A DNA stretch of 64,000 nucleotides from an uncultured Rhodospirillales bacterium (GCA_964568585.1 CAZMQI010000001.1:103900-167899); one strand, 5' to 3'; positions 1 through 10,379 are shown, counted from the first letter of the stretch. Program-made: numbers and translations. The notes: a model not told the origin generated them from the sequence alone.

Positions 1-69
1 CACCCACAACACCTCTCCGATGGATTTTGGTTTGTTCTTTGATCGGTTCTGGGGAATAGAAAGCGACAT
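1..69 (-). CDS. cysW: Sulfate ABC transporter permease CysW, 5' end only (runs off window)
   Basis: ATG overlaps the cysT stop (TAATG); reads MSLSIPQNRSKNKPKSIGEVLWV; expected position after sbp-cysT. Confidence 0.65.
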   Translation of the reverse strand, partial: MSLSIPQNRSKNKPKSIGEVLWV

Positions 70-932
70 TAATTATCCCTCAACATGCGGGTTTGACCCC
101 ATTTCTGGAGCACATTGATGAGATACAGCATGATGAATGACACCGCCAGCATCACAATCGCCAAGGCAGTTGCACCGGCATGATCATATTGTTCCAATTT
201 TGTCATGATAAGCAGCGGCACGATTTCGGAAACCATCGGCTTGTTGCCCGCAATAAAAATAACCGATCCATATTCGCCAAGCGCACGGGCAAAAGCCATG
301 GCAAATCCGGTCATCAACGCTGGGGTGATATGCGGCAAGAATATAAGCAGGAAGATCTGCGTACGGGTCGCGCCTAAACTGGCCGCTGCTTCTTCCAGTT
401 CACGGTTCATATCTTCCAATACCGGCTGCACGGTGCGGACAACGAATGGCAGCCCCACGAAGATAAGCGCAATAGTGATACCCATCGGCGTGAAAGCAAC
501 TTTGATACCCAGATGCTCCAGATATTGTCCTATCCACCCATTGGGGGCATACAGCGATGTCAGCGCGATACCGGCAACAGCAGTAGGCAATGCAAATGGT
601 AAATCCACCATCGCATCAAAGATTTTTTTAAATGGAAAATCATAACGCACCAAAATCCACGCAACGATAAGCCCGAAAAATACATTCACCAACGCAGCAA
701 CCAATGCTGTTCCAAAACTGACGCCATAAGCATGCATCACGCGGTCATCTGTGATGGTAGTAAAGAATTCTGCCCATGACAGTTTTGCGGTTGCAAAAAA
801 CAGACCCGACAATGGCAAAAGGACTATCAGTGTCAGATATATCAGGGTAAAGCCAAGGGTCAGGCCAAAGCCAGGCAGTACGCTTGGTTTCTTGAACTGC
901 TTGAGGAACGAGGATGTTAAAACTTTGCTCAC
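69..932 (-). CDS. cysT: Sulfate ABC transporter permease CysT
   Basis: VDLPFALPTAVAG, EEAAASLGA (EAA loop), FARALGEYGSVIFIAGN. Confidence 0.95.
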   Translation of the reverse strand: MSKVLTSSFLKQFKKPSVLPGFGLTLGFTLIYLTLIVLLPLSGLFFATAKLSWAEFFTTITDDRVMHAYGVSFGTALVAALVNVFFGLIVAWILVRYDFPFKKIFDAMVDLPFALPTAVAGIALTSLYAPNGWIGQYLEHLGIKVAFTPMGITIALIFVGLPFVVRTVQPVLEDMNRELEEAAASLGATRTQIFLLIFLPHITPALMTGFAMAFARALGEYGSVIFIAGNKPMVSEIVPLLIMTKLEQYDHAGATALAIVMLAVSFIMLYLINVLQKWGQTRMLRDN

Positions 933-935
933 GGC

Positions 936-1967
936 TTACTTCTTTGAAAGCTGGTCAAACAGACCGCCATCGTTAAAATGTTTCTTCTGCACTGATTTCC
1001 AGCCACCAAAGTCCTTAATCGTCATCATCGGCACAGCTGGAAAGATATCCTTATGTTTTGCGGCAATGGCTTTATCTTGCGGGCGATAGTAATGCGCTAC
1101 CGCCAGTTCCTGCGCTTCCGGTGAATAAAGATACGTCAGATATTCCTTGGCAGCTTCTGTGGTTCCTTTTTTCTCCGCATTCCTTTGCACGACGGCAACG
1201 GGTGGCTCAGCCAAAATGCTGATGGATGGCATCACAATATCGAATTTGTCTTTACCAAGTTCATTCACGGCCAAATAGGCTTCATTTTCCCATGTCAGCA
1301 GCACATCGCCAATCCCGCGTTGAACAAAGGTAGTGGTCGAACCGCGCGCACCCGTATCAAGCACAGGTACATGCGCGAATAATTGCTTCATATAATCGGC
1401 TGCCTTGGCTTCATCACTACCGAATTTTTTGGTCGCATAGCCATAAGCAGCTAGATAATTCCATCGTGCACCGCCGGAGGTCTTTGGGTTCGGCGTGATG
1501 ACTTCCACGCCATCCTTAATCAAATCACCCCAATCTTTAATTCCCTTGGGGTTGCCCTTCTTCACCAGAAACACAATTGTCGATGTATAGGGGGAGCTGT
1601 TATGCGGCAATAAGCTCTGCCAGTTCTCTGGCAGCAAGCTGCGGTGCTGCGCCACCACATCAATATCATAGGCAAGCGCGAGCGTGACAACATCCGCTTG
1701 CAAGCCATCAATCACCGCACGTGCCTGTTTGGCCGAGCCGCCATGTGATTGGCGAATAATAACATCCCCGCCCGTGTTATCCTTCCCCATTTTTTCTTTC
1801 CAATGCTTTTGGAATAACACGTTGTATGTTTCATAAAATTCACGCGTTGGATCGTATGAAACGTTGAGCAGCGCCAGTTTATCCGCTGCATGAGCAGGCA
1901 AAGAGCTGCCCAGCCCCAATAGCAATACAAATGCAGCAATCACGGCTTTCAACATACAAATCTCCAA
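936..1967 (-). CDS. sbp: Sulfate ABC transporter substrate-binding protein
   Basis: Signal peptide; [29 protein letters not shown] motifs. Confidence 0.95.
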   Translation of the reverse strand: MEICMLKAVIAAFVLLLGLGSSLPAHAADKLALLNVSYDPTREFYETYNVLFQKHWKEKMGKDNTGGDVIIRQSHGGSAKQARAVIDGLQADVVTLALAYDIDVVAQHRSLLPENWQSLLPHNSSPYTSTIVFLVKKGNPKGIKDWGDLIKDGVEVITPNPKTSGGARWNYLAAYGYATKKFGSDEAKAADYMKQLFAHVPVLDTGARGSTTTFVQRGIGDVLLTWENEAYLAVNELGKDKFDIVMPSISILAEPPVAVVQRNAEKKGTTEAAKEYLTYLYSPEAQELAVAHYYRPQDKAIAAKHKDIFPAVPMMTIKDFGGWKSVQKKHFNDGGLFDQLSKK

Positions 1968-1979
1968 ATTTTTTTTGAT

Positions 1980-2387
1980 TTAGCAGGCCATATCGAGGAT
2001 GGAGGTGTTATCTAAAACCTCTGCCATGGCATCTCTGACTTTCTTCATGGTCTTGCGGATTGTGCATGCTCGCTCATCCTTGCAATCATCGCATTTTTGA
2101 TATGCAGACAAGCTAGCGCAACGCACCGGTGCCAACGGACCATCAATGATACGTATTAATTCGGCTACGCTGATGTCCTTGGCAGGCTTGGCAAGATAGT
2201 AACCGCCGAATACACCCCGTTTGCTTTCAACAAGGTGGTTGCGTTTTAATTCTTGTAAAATATTTTCCAGAAATTTGATGGGCACGCCTGCTTCTTTGGC
2301 GATGACCTTACTTTGAGTCATCTCCTGCTTGCTTTTTGCAAGGACCGTCAGCGCACGCAGCGCGTATTTGGCTTTCATCGACAGCAT
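1980..2387 (-). CDS. Rrf2-family transcriptional regulator
   Basis: KYALRAL, FLENIL, SKRGVFGGYYLA, IDGPLAP; C-x7-C-x2-C-x5-C cysteine cluster; heads the sulfate operon. Confidence 0.92.
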   Translation of the reverse strand: MLSMKAKYALRALTVLAKSKQEMTQSKVIAKEAGVPIKFLENILQELKRNHLVESKRGVFGGYYLAKPAKDISVAELIRIIDGPLAPVRCASLSAYQKCDDCKDERACTIRKTMKKVRDAMAEVLDNTSILDMAC

Positions 2388-2483
2388 AATAAAGGCCTCT
2401 CCAGCACCAATGGGTAAACACTGGTTCTAAGCCATATATCATACCGAGTAAATAGAGTTTATAAAACCCTACCGTTTATTGAA

Positions 2484-2732
2484 TTACGCCGCTTGCTTGA
2501 GGCATTGGAACAAATCATCCTTCAACTTCAAGCGTTGCTTTTTCAAGCCTTCCGTATATTCATCGCTCGCATTCTCTACACCGGTTTCGATGCGTAAAAT
2601 GTCCTTGTTCACCTGATTGTATTCTTCAAACAATTTTGCAAAATGTCCGTTCGTTGTTTTGAGCGTATGAATGGCCTGTTTGAATTCAGGGAATTCGCTG
2701 GCAAAATCATGGGCTTCGGTAATCATGGTCAT
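2484..2732 (-). CDS. YdcH/DUF465-family small coiled-coil protein
   Basis: HDFASEFPEF...HFAKLFEEY...LKKQRLKLKD; GAAGGAG RBS upstream. Confidence 0.85.
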   Translation of the reverse strand: MTMITEAHDFASEFPEFKQAIHTLKTTNGHFAKLFEEYNQVNKDILRIETGVENASDEYTEGLKKQRLKLKDDLFQCLKQAA

Positions 2733-2833
2733 ACTCCTTCATTAATATATGCCCGCATCCTACAATTTTTTCAGTTACACCGCCCCATGGCAAACTGCCG
2801 CAGGCGGCGTTTATTGATAAATCGCCTATTTTT

Positions 2834-2863
2834 TTGACAAATGCCCTTAAAAAAGCATAGTCT
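2834..2863 (+). promoter_or_regulatory. Putative sigma70 promoter for trhO (possibly leaderless mRNA)
   Basis: TTGACA 2834-2839, 18-nt spacer, TAGTCT 2858-2863, ATG at 2871. Confidence 0.45.
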
Positions 2864-2870
2864 GCGGCCC

Positions 2871-3770
2871 ATGAATACCAATGTGAATTACACCGTTGCT
2901 GCCCTGTACCGTTTCACACCGATTGCCGATGCGCCTGCGCTTCGCATGACGTTGAAGCATGCCTTTGCGGAACTCGGAATTTGTGGCTCACTCCTCATTG
3001 CACCCGAAGGCATCAACGGCACACTCGCCGGTAGCGAACAGGCTGTGGATGCGATGCTTGAATTACTGAACCAGACAACCGGATTGCCACGCGAGAACGT
3101 GAAATTCTCCACCTCCCCATTCAAACCATTCGACCGTTTGAAAGTGCGTTTGAAAAAAGAAATCATTACCTTCAATCAACCATCCGCCAATCCACATGAA
3201 CGCGTTGGCCAATATGTTGAAGCAAAAGACTGGAACGCGCTAATCAATGATCCCAGCGTGACGGTGCTGGATACACGCAATGCCTATGAAACAATGGTAG
3301 GTGTGTTTGAAGGCGCAATGGATCCAAAGATAGACCAGTTCACCGATTTTGCAGAATTCGTAAAGAATACACTTGATCCAAACAAGCACAGCAAGATTGC
3401 GATGTATTGCACCGGCGGTATTCGCTGTGAAAAGGCATCCGCCTATATGCTCGCGCAAGGCTTTCCGGAAGTGTACCACCTTAAAGGCGGCATCCTGAAA
3501 TATCTGGAAGAAATCCCACAAGGCGAAAGCAAGTGGAACGGTGAATGTTATGTATTTGACCGCCGCATGGCGGTTGGTCACGGCCTTTCCACTGGCGCAC
3601 ATGCGATGTGCTTTTCGTGCGGCTATGCGCTGAATGAAGCAGATCAAAAGCATCCGCACTATGAAGCAGGCGTTTCATGTCATCATTGCTACGCCACCAC
3701 CAGCGAAGCCGATAAAGCACGCTTCCGCATGCGTCATATGCAAATGACCGCACAAAAACGAGCCAGCTAA
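2871..3770 (+). CDS. trhO: Rhodanese-domain tRNA uridine(34) hydroxylase (YceA/TrhO family)
   Basis: EGINGT, DTRNAYE, MYCTGGIRCEK, HLKGGILKY, CYVFDRR; start moved to 2871 because the 2841 ATG lies inside the promoter. Confidence 0.9.
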   Translation: MNTNVNYTVAALYRFTPIADAPALRMTLKHAFAELGICGSLLIAPEGINGTLAGSEQAVDAMLELLNQTTGLPRENVKFSTSPFKPFDRLKVRLKKEIITFNQPSANPHERVGQYVEAKDWNALINDPSVTVLDTRNAYETMVGVFEGAMDPKIDQFTDFAEFVKNTLDPNKHSKIAMYCTGGIRCEKASAYMLAQGFPEVYHLKGGILKYLEEIPQGESKWNGECYVFDRRMAVGHGLSTGAHAMCFSCGYALNEADQKHPHYEAGVSCHHCYATTSEADKARFRMRHMQMTAQKRAS

Positions 3771-4274
3771 ATGGCGAACGCCACAAAAACTATCAAAAAC
3801 GTACAAAGCCGCGCGAAGCAAAAGCAGAAACCATCCCTGCTCCTACGTATGTTTGTGTTGTTTGCCATTGCAATGGTCAGTGCCACCGCATGGCGTGTAC
3901 TTGAAGACAAGTATATCGTTGAACAAAAACAAATTCGCGCTGAAGAAAAACAGAAAATGCAGGAAGCGCTTGGCTGGGGTAGCGAATTACGTATCGAGAA
4001 GAAAAACGACAATATCGCGCGTATCCGTTTCCTACTGCGTGATAAAAGCCGCCAACCGATTAAAGGCGCAGAAGTTAGCCTGACCTTATCGCATGTAAAT
4101 GATGCCGGCGGCGTGATGGCGCAAAGCTCCCTCACTCTACCGCTCAGCATGGTGGAGCCTGGCGTTTATCGTGGCCAAGCAAAGCTGCCATTGCCGGGGG
4201 ATTGGGACGCATCCATCAACGCGCAAATTGGAGAAAATAGTTACCAGACGAGCGAACGCGTTAGCCTCCCATAA
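3771..4274 (+). CDS. Membrane-anchored FixH/YtkA-like Ig-fold protein
   Basis: One N-terminal TM segment; LRDKSRQPIKGAEV, EPGVYRGQAKLPLPGDWD. Confidence 0.7.
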   Translation: MANATKTIKNVQSRAKQKQKPSLLLRMFVLFAIAMVSATAWRVLEDKYIVEQKQIRAEEKQKMQEALGWGSELRIEKKNDNIARIRFLLRDKSRQPIKGAEVSLTLSHVNDAGGVMAQSSLTLPLSMVEPGVYRGQAKLPLPGDWDASINAQIGENSYQTSERVSLP

Positions 4275-4364
4275 CATCCACATTCCCCCCGTATATATAG
4301 TTGGCGAATCCACTTTTTTTCGGGAAAAAACACCCACCACTCATTACACTCAGAGGAAAATGTA

Positions 4365-5747
4365 ATGGGAGTAGTCGTGGCCGTTTCTAAAAATGTTCTT
4401 GAGCTCGTAGGCAATACACCGTTGGTCAAAGTAAACCATCTGGATTGCGGGCCATGCGAATTATATCTCAAGCTTGAAAGCCATAACCCCGGTGGGTCGA
4501 TTAAAGACCGCATCGCGCTTTCCATGATTAGCGCGGCAGAAAAAGATGGCAGCCTGAAGCCCGGCGGCACATTGGTGGAAGCCACCGCTGGCAATACTGG
4601 CCTTGGACTTGCGCTGGTTGCAAGCCAGAAGGGTTACAAACTCATCCTCGTCATCCCTGATAAAATGAGTCAGGAAAAAATCTTCCATCTAAAAGCGCTT
4701 GGCGCGGAAGTCGTGATTACCAGAACCGATGTTGGAAAAGGCCATCCTGAATATTACCACGATATGGCCGAACGCATCGCCAAAGAACGCGGCGGGTTCT
4801 ATGTGAACCAGTTTGAAAACCCATATAATCCGGTAACGCATGAACAAAGTACTGGCCCTGAAATATGGGAACAGATGGACCATAGGGTTGATGCTGTGGT
4901 GTGTGGTGTGGGGTCTGGCGGCACGCTGACAGGGCTTGGGCGTTATTTCAAACGCATCGCACCAGATTGCGAAATGGTATTGGCGGACCCCAAAGGCTCC
5001 GTACTTGCGCCATTCATCAATGAAGGCGTAATGATTGAAGCTGGCAGTTGGCTGGTGGAAGGCATTGGTGAAGATTTCATTCCAAAAAACTGCGATCTCA
5101 GCCTTGTCAAAAAAGCCTACACGATTTCCGATACCGAAAGCATCGCAACTGCCCGTGATGTATTAAAGATGGAAGGCATCATCTGCGGTTCTTCATCTGG
5201 CACATTGGTTGCAGCGGCGCTGCGTTATTGCCGCGCACAAAAAACGCCGAAACGCGTGGTCAGCTTTATCTGCGATAGCGGCAACAAATACCTTTCCAAA
5301 ATCTATAATGAATACTGGCTTGATGATCATGGCTTGGTGATCAAGAAAAAAGCGCATGATTTGCGTGATTTAATTACCCGCCCCCATACCGGCAAAAACG
5401 CCATCACCATCATGCCGGAAGACACATTACAAGCCGCCTACCGCAAGATGCGTATGTATGACGTATCGCAATTACCGGTAATGGATAGGGGCAAGCTAGT
5501 CGGCATCGTCAATGAAACCGATATTTTATTGGCCATTACCGGCAACCCTAAAGGGTTCGGCATTGAAGTATCCCAAGCCATGACCAAAAACCTGCACACC
5601 ATTCAAATGGACAAGTCGATGGAAGATTTGCTGCCCATTTTTGAACGCGGTATGGTCGCTATTATTATGGATAAGCACGAATTCCTCGGCATCATTACAC
5701 CGATTGATTTGCTTCAATATCTTCGTAAACGCACAGGTGTAGCATGA
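4365..5747 (+). CDS. cbs: Cystathionine beta-synthase (PLP enzyme with C-terminal CBS pair)
   Basis: NPGGSIKDR, EATAGNTG, GSGGT, EGIG; C-terminal CBS domains; overlaps the lyase gene. Confidence 0.9.
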   Translation: MGVVVAVSKNVLELVGNTPLVKVNHLDCGPCELYLKLESHNPGGSIKDRIALSMISAAEKDGSLKPGGTLVEATAGNTGLGLALVASQKGYKLILVIPDKMSQEKIFHLKALGAEVVITRTDVGKGHPEYYHDMAERIAKERGGFYVNQFENPYNPVTHEQSTGPEIWEQMDHRVDAVVCGVGSGGTLTGLGRYFKRIAPDCEMVLADPKGSVLAPFINEGVMIEAGSWLVEGIGEDFIPKNCDLSLVKKAYTISDTESIATARDVLKMEGIICGSSSGTLVAAALRYCRAQKTPKRVVSFICDSGNKYLSKIYNEYWLDDHGLVIKKKAHDLRDLITRPHTGKNAITIMPEDTLQAAYRKMRMYDVSQLPVMDRGKLVGIVNETDILLAITGNPKGFGIEVSQAMTKNLHTIQMDKSMEDLLPIFERGMVAIIMDKHEFLGIITPIDLLQYLRKRTGVA

Positions 5748-6925
5748 CCCAAGGTAACAATCTTAAGCGTGATAACAAAAATTGGGGTTTTGATACCCGT
5801 GCCATCCATGCCGAACAACATGCGGATGAAACAACAGGCGCTGTCATCACGCCTATCTATGCGACATCAACCTATGCACAAACGGCTCCGGGCGAACATA
5901 AGGGCTTTGATTACGGACGCAGCCATAATCCCACCCGCTTTGCCTATGAACGCGCGGTCACCAATTTGGAAGGTGGTAGTGCCGGTTTTGCATTTGCATC
6001 AGGCATGGCGGCATCATCCACCGTGCTGGAATTACTTGAAGCAGGCTCGCACGTTATTGCAATGAATGATTTATATGGCGGCACGTACCGCTTATTCGAG
6101 CGCGTACGTAAACATTCCGCCAAGCTTGAATTCAGCTATGTCGATTTAACAGTGCCAGGTGAATTGGAAAAAGCCATTCGCCCGAACACGCGCATGATAT
6201 GGGTTGAAACACCAACCAACCCGCTGCTCAAGCTGGTTGATTTAAAAGCCGTAGCCGCGATTGCCAAGAAACACAAATTAATCGCGGTTGCGGATAACAC
6301 CTTCGCGAGCCCATATGTGCAGCAACCGCTCAGCCTTGGCTTCGATGTGGTAGTACATTCCGCAACAAAATACCTCAGCGGGCATTCCGATATCATCGGC
6401 GGCATTGCGGTTGCAGGAAACAATCCCGAAATCGCCGAACGTCTTGGCTTCTTGCAGAATGCAACAGGCGCGATTTCCGGTCCGTTTGACAGTTTCCTCG
6501 CGCATCGCGGATTAAAGACACTTGGCCTGCGTATGGAGCGGCATTGCCGGAATGCGATGGCAATTGCCACCTTCCTTTCAAACCACCGCGGCATTGAACG
6601 CGTAATATATCCTGGCTTACCCAGCCATCCGCAACACGCCTTAGCCAAACAGCAAATGAGTAATTATGGCGGCATGGTTTCTGCCATCCTGAATGGCGGC
6701 GAAGCCGCAGCCAAGAAGATGCTCTCGAACTGCCATGTATTCACGCTGGCCGAAAGTCTTGGCGGCATTGAAAGCCTGATTGAACACCCTGCCATCATGA
6801 CCCATGCCAGCATTCCGGCCGATGTGCGGAAGAAGCACGGGATTGAAGACGGCCTTATCCGCCTTTCGGTTGGCATAGAAAACGAAGCCGACCTCATCAA
6901 AGATTTGGAAAGCGCATTGGCGTAA
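5744..6925 (+). CDS. Cystathionine gamma-lyase/synthase (Cys/Met PLP family)
   Basis: YGRSHNPTR, ETPTNPLL, HSATKYLSGHSD, AESLGGIESL, IRLSVGIE. Confidence 0.92.
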   Translation: MTQGNNLKRDNKNWGFDTRAIHAEQHADETTGAVITPIYATSTYAQTAPGEHKGFDYGRSHNPTRFAYERAVTNLEGGSAGFAFASGMAASSTVLELLEAGSHVIAMNDLYGGTYRLFERVRKHSAKLEFSYVDLTVPGELEKAIRPNTRMIWVETPTNPLLKLVDLKAVAAIAKKHKLIAVADNTFASPYVQQPLSLGFDVVVHSATKYLSGHSDIIGGIAVAGNNPEIAERLGFLQNATGAISGPFDSFLAHRGLKTLGLRMERHCRNAMAIATFLSNHRGIERVIYPGLPSHPQHALAKQQMSNYGGMVSAILNGGEAAAKKMLSNCHVFTLAESLGGIESLIEHPAIMTHASIPADVRKKHGIEDGLIRLSVGIENEADLIKDLESALA

Positions 6926-7081
6926 CCACGTCTAATTAGGACACCCACTGTCTTCATATACAACATTCATGCAATGCTAGAAGTCATTGTTTTATAAGAG
7001 GATGATTTTTTATTTATTTAGGTTATTATTACCAGTGGGCACTATAACCGATATGAAACAACCATATATAAGGAATATCGT

Positions 7082-7303
7082 TTGGAAGACTTTGTAGTAA
7101 AAGACAGCAACGGCACCGTGTTGGTAGATGGCGATAGCGTGACACTTATCAAAGACCTGCCTGTAAAAGGAACATCCGTAACGCTTAAACGCGGCACGCT
7201 CGTCAAAGGCATCCGCCTGACCGATAATGATGAATTAGTGGAATGCAACGTACAAAAAGTAAAAGGGCTAGTTCTCAAGACCTGCTTTTTGAAAAAAGCT
7301 TAA
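7082..7303 (+). CDS. PhnA/YjdM C-terminal domain protein
   Basis: VKDSNG..L.DGDSVTLIKDLPVKG...LKRGT; TTG start after AAGGAA. Confidence 0.85.
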   Translation: MEDFVVKDSNGTVLVDGDSVTLIKDLPVKGTSVTLKRGTLVKGIRLTDNDELVECNVQKVKGLVLKTCFLKKA

Positions 7304-8418
7304 ACGGTTTCGATAATTGAATGCGGGTTTTGAAAACCTGCTTTGCACTCATTCGGCAACAATTTCATTTTGGTGAACTCCGGATCAATCCAGACCAGCC
7401 GTTGATCACTGCCGATATAACCCTTTAATGTGTCATCCCACACCATGCCTTTGAACGGTGCATCAATCGATTTAAGGACCTTATCGTTCACCAAATCGAT
7501 AAGCACGATATTCCCCGCAAGCGGATTGGTCACAACGGCGCGCGTATGATCATCATTCAATGTCACACTCAATATTTCGCCTTTAATCTGGCGCCCCAAA
7601 TCCTTACCCCAATTCAGCACACGCAACGGCTGAACGCCATCAACGCTGATATAGACATACCCGCTATTATTGGGGTCGGCAGTACGCATATCCGCTGTTC
7701 CCATCTGGCGCAACGGGCCTGATAGCGCGATAATTTTCCCGTGTTTGGTTACTTGAAAATGGCCAATTACTTGCTGGGGGTCATCAATGGTCAACTCTCT
7801 CACGATATCGCCCTTACCCGCAATATCTACAAAAGTGATGGATGATTTTGCAACCCGCAACCCCTTGCGTGGATCGCCACGCTCATCTGCTTTTATGCCG
7901 GAGGCAGCAATCGCCAATGTGTTATCGGCAACACGGTGACAATCATGAAGGCCACCGGGCGTCACATAAATCTCTTCGCCCGGCTGATAGGTTTCAGGAT
8001 CATAAGCAGCATAATATCCCTTGCCTGTGTCGAGCGAAACGCGGGCAAGATAGAATGCACCCTTTTCTTTAATGTAACTGCCATGCCCATAAAACCAATT
8101 ATTACCCGCACTGCTGATTGGTGTAACAATTTCAGTATCAAAATCCACTATGGCTGCATGTGCGCCCCACTTTTCCATCCCAAGGTAACGTGATGGATAT
8201 TTTGGATGACGGATGAACGTATGCGCTGGAAAGCCAAGCTCGATTTCTTTGGTTGTCTGTGTTGTCAGATTTGCAAATACAGCTTTGTTTGAAGACCCGA
8301 CGACAATACGTTCTTGTGCTGCGGCACGCGCCGCAAATACATGAAGCGGATTGATGGCCGAACCGGCAGCACAAATCGCCATGACGTATTTTAGAAAATC
8401 GCGCCGCGAATAATCCAT
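7300..8418 (-). CDS. Tat-exported DUF1513-like beta-propeller protein, paralogue 2 (372 aa)
   Basis: Start MDYSRRDFLK twin-arginine signal; WFYGHG motif; colinear with 8465..9583. Confidence 0.75.
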   Translation of the reverse strand: MDYSRRDFLKYVMAICAAGSAINPLHVFAARAAAQERIVVGSSNKAVFANLTTQTTKEIELGFPAHTFIRHPKYPSRYLGMEKWGAHAAIVDFDTEIVTPISSAGNNWFYGHGSYIKEKGAFYLARVSLDTGKGYYAAYDPETYQPGEEIYVTPGGLHDCHRVADNTLAIAASGIKADERGDPRKGLRVAKSSITFVDIAGKGDIVRELTIDDPQQVIGHFQVTKHGKIIALSGPLRQMGTADMRTADPNNSGYVYISVDGVQPLRVLNWGKDLGRQIKGEILSVTLNDDHTRAVVTNPLAGNIVLIDLVNDKVLKSIDAPFKGMVWDDTLKGYIGSDQRLVWIDPEFTKMKLLPNECKAGFQNPHSIIETV

Positions 8419-8464
8419 ATATAAAAAGCTCGTGCCGAAGAAATCTGTTTTTGAAAAGCTGTAC

Positions 8465-9583
8465 TTAGACTGTTTCGAAAATTGAATGAGAACTGCTGAA
8501 CCCCGGCTTGCATTCAATAGGCAGGCGGGTCATTTTTTTGAAGTCAGGATCAATCCAGACCAAATTCCGTTCAGATCCGATATACCCTTTTAACGTTGGG
8601 TCCCAGACAATTCCTCTAAATGGCGCATCAATTGACCTGATAACTTTATCATTCACGATATCAAGTAACATCACATTTCCTGCAAGCGGATTGGTCACCG
8701 CCGCCCGCGTGTGGTCATCATTCAAGGCAATGCTTAATATCTCGCCCTTGATTTGACGGTTTAATTGATATCCCCAATCCAGCAACTTAAGCGGCTCTTT
8801 TCCATCCTTGCTGATATAGATATAGCCACTATTGTCCTTGCTGGCGGTACGCATGTCATTGCCCTTAAACTGGCGCACGGGGCTAGTCAGCGCAATGATT
8901 TTTCCATGCTTAGTCACTTCAAAATGACCAATAATCTGTTCCTTATCATCAATCGTCAATTCTCGGGTAACCTTCCCCGAACCGATGATATCAACAAATG
9001 TAAGGGCCGATTTTGCAACACGATTGCCCTTACGGGGGTCACCATAATCATCAGCTTTCATACCGGAACTGGTCACGGCAAACGTATTATCTGCCATACG
9101 GTGACATTCATGAAGCCCCCCGGGCGTTGTCAGAATTGCTTCGCCCGGCTCGAAGGTTTCATGATCATACGCGACCATATAGCCCTTACCTGTGTCCAAG
9201 GAAACACGTGACACATAGAATGCTTTCTTTTCTGCTACATAGCGGCCATGCCCATAGAAATGATTTTTTCCGCCACTCGAGAGTTGTTTCACTTCTTCGG
9301 TATCAAAATCCACCACGGCAGCATGCGGTCCCCATTTTTCCATAGCCAAATAACGCATTGGATATTTTGGGTGACGCAACAAGCTATGCGCCAGAAACCC
9401 GATTTCAATATGCTTGGCAGTTTGCTTTGTAAGATTGGCACACACCGCTTTGGAGAGTGAACCAACCACCAGAAATTCTTGTGAAGACGCCGTTGCTGCA
9501 ACCACGCGAAGTGGATCTATGGCCACGCCGGTGGCCGAAAGTGCCATGACATATTTCAGAAAATCGCGCCGTGAATGCTCCAT
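8465..9583 (-). CDS. Tat-exported DUF1513-like beta-propeller protein, paralogue 1 (372 aa)
   Basis: MEHSRRDFLK twin-arginine signal; HFYGHG, PGGLHECH, IGHF motifs. Confidence 0.75.
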   Translation of the reverse strand: MEHSRRDFLKYVMALSATGVAIDPLRVVAATASSQEFLVVGSLSKAVCANLTKQTAKHIEIGFLAHSLLRHPKYPMRYLAMEKWGPHAAVVDFDTEEVKQLSSGGKNHFYGHGRYVAEKKAFYVSRVSLDTGKGYMVAYDHETFEPGEAILTTPGGLHECHRMADNTFAVTSSGMKADDYGDPRKGNRVAKSALTFVDIIGSGKVTRELTIDDKEQIIGHFEVTKHGKIIALTSPVRQFKGNDMRTASKDNSGYIYISKDGKEPLKLLDWGYQLNRQIKGEILSIALNDDHTRAAVTNPLAGNVMLLDIVNDKVIRSIDAPFRGIVWDPTLKGYIGSERNLVWIDPDFKKMTRLPIECKPGFSSSHSIFETV

Positions 9584-9644
9584 ACAATCATCATATTTTC
9601 AAATAGTTAACAAATTATTTGATAAACATCATGCCTGAAAAGCT

Positions 9645-10298
9645 TCATTTTACCGTTATTTCAGCCATCACTTCGTTGCGACGCATGAACGGCAACGTCC
9701 AAGGCGGGTTGAAAAACGCGTATTGAACCGATGACAGGGTATTTAAGCTCTTCGTAACCATGAATTTTTTTAGAATATCGGTTTGTGTTTGCAAAACCTC
9801 GTTAGTCGCAAAACCTGAAAAACGTAACACCGCAAATCGCTTGGATGGCAATTCTTTTATCTTCACCATTGCATTATTTGGTTTTGGCAATGTCTGCAAC
9901 GTATATTCGCTTGGCATCACAAACTGCACCACCCATTTATTATCGCTGCCGCTTTGCAGCACAGGCGCTGTCATCGCAATCGGCTGGGATTTTTTTTGCT
10001 CAGCTTGTTGAATGACAGGCGCCGTCATCGCAACTTGTTGCGAGGGCCCATTATTACCGAAAATGAAATCTGCAATCAGACGAAAACCTTGCTTAATTGC
10101 TTCCTGACGCTCGCCACTCACTTCAACTTCAGCGACAATCGCGGGTGCATAATCACGGATTTCGATGTTATCGTGTTTTTCTACGACGGTGTATTTTGCT
10201 TGCTCAACATTAGTCACAGCGCTATCCCATACAAAAAAAGCAACGACCGCAACAACAACTAAACCCAAGATTATTTTACCTGTCATTTTAACATCCAT
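9645..10298 (-). CDS. SOUL-family heme-binding protein
   Basis: EIRDY, GFRLIADFIFGNN, two AMTAPV motifs, FVMP, PPWTLPFMRRNEV. Confidence 0.93.
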   Translation of the reverse strand: MDVKMTGKIILGLVVVAVVAFFVWDSAVTNVEQAKYTVVEKHDNIEIRDYAPAIVAEVEVSGERQEAIKQGFRLIADFIFGNNGPSQQVAMTAPVIQQAEQKKSQPIAMTAPVLQSGSDNKWVVQFVMPSEYTLQTLPKPNNAMVKIKELPSKRFAVLRFSGFATNEVLQTQTDILKKFMVTKSLNTLSSVQYAFFNPPWTLPFMRRNEVMAEITVK

Positions 10299-10379
10299 AC
10301 GTGTTGGTTTATCGCGCCATCCTTAAATAGGCCTAAAAAACCTTTTTGCCAGCGTCAAAAGCATTGTTACCATTAAATA

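Noticed and set aside
7300-8470. C-terminal ETV as a PDZ-binding host-effector motif
   Set aside because: The proteins carry Tat signals for the periplasm, and shared ancestry explains the common tail.
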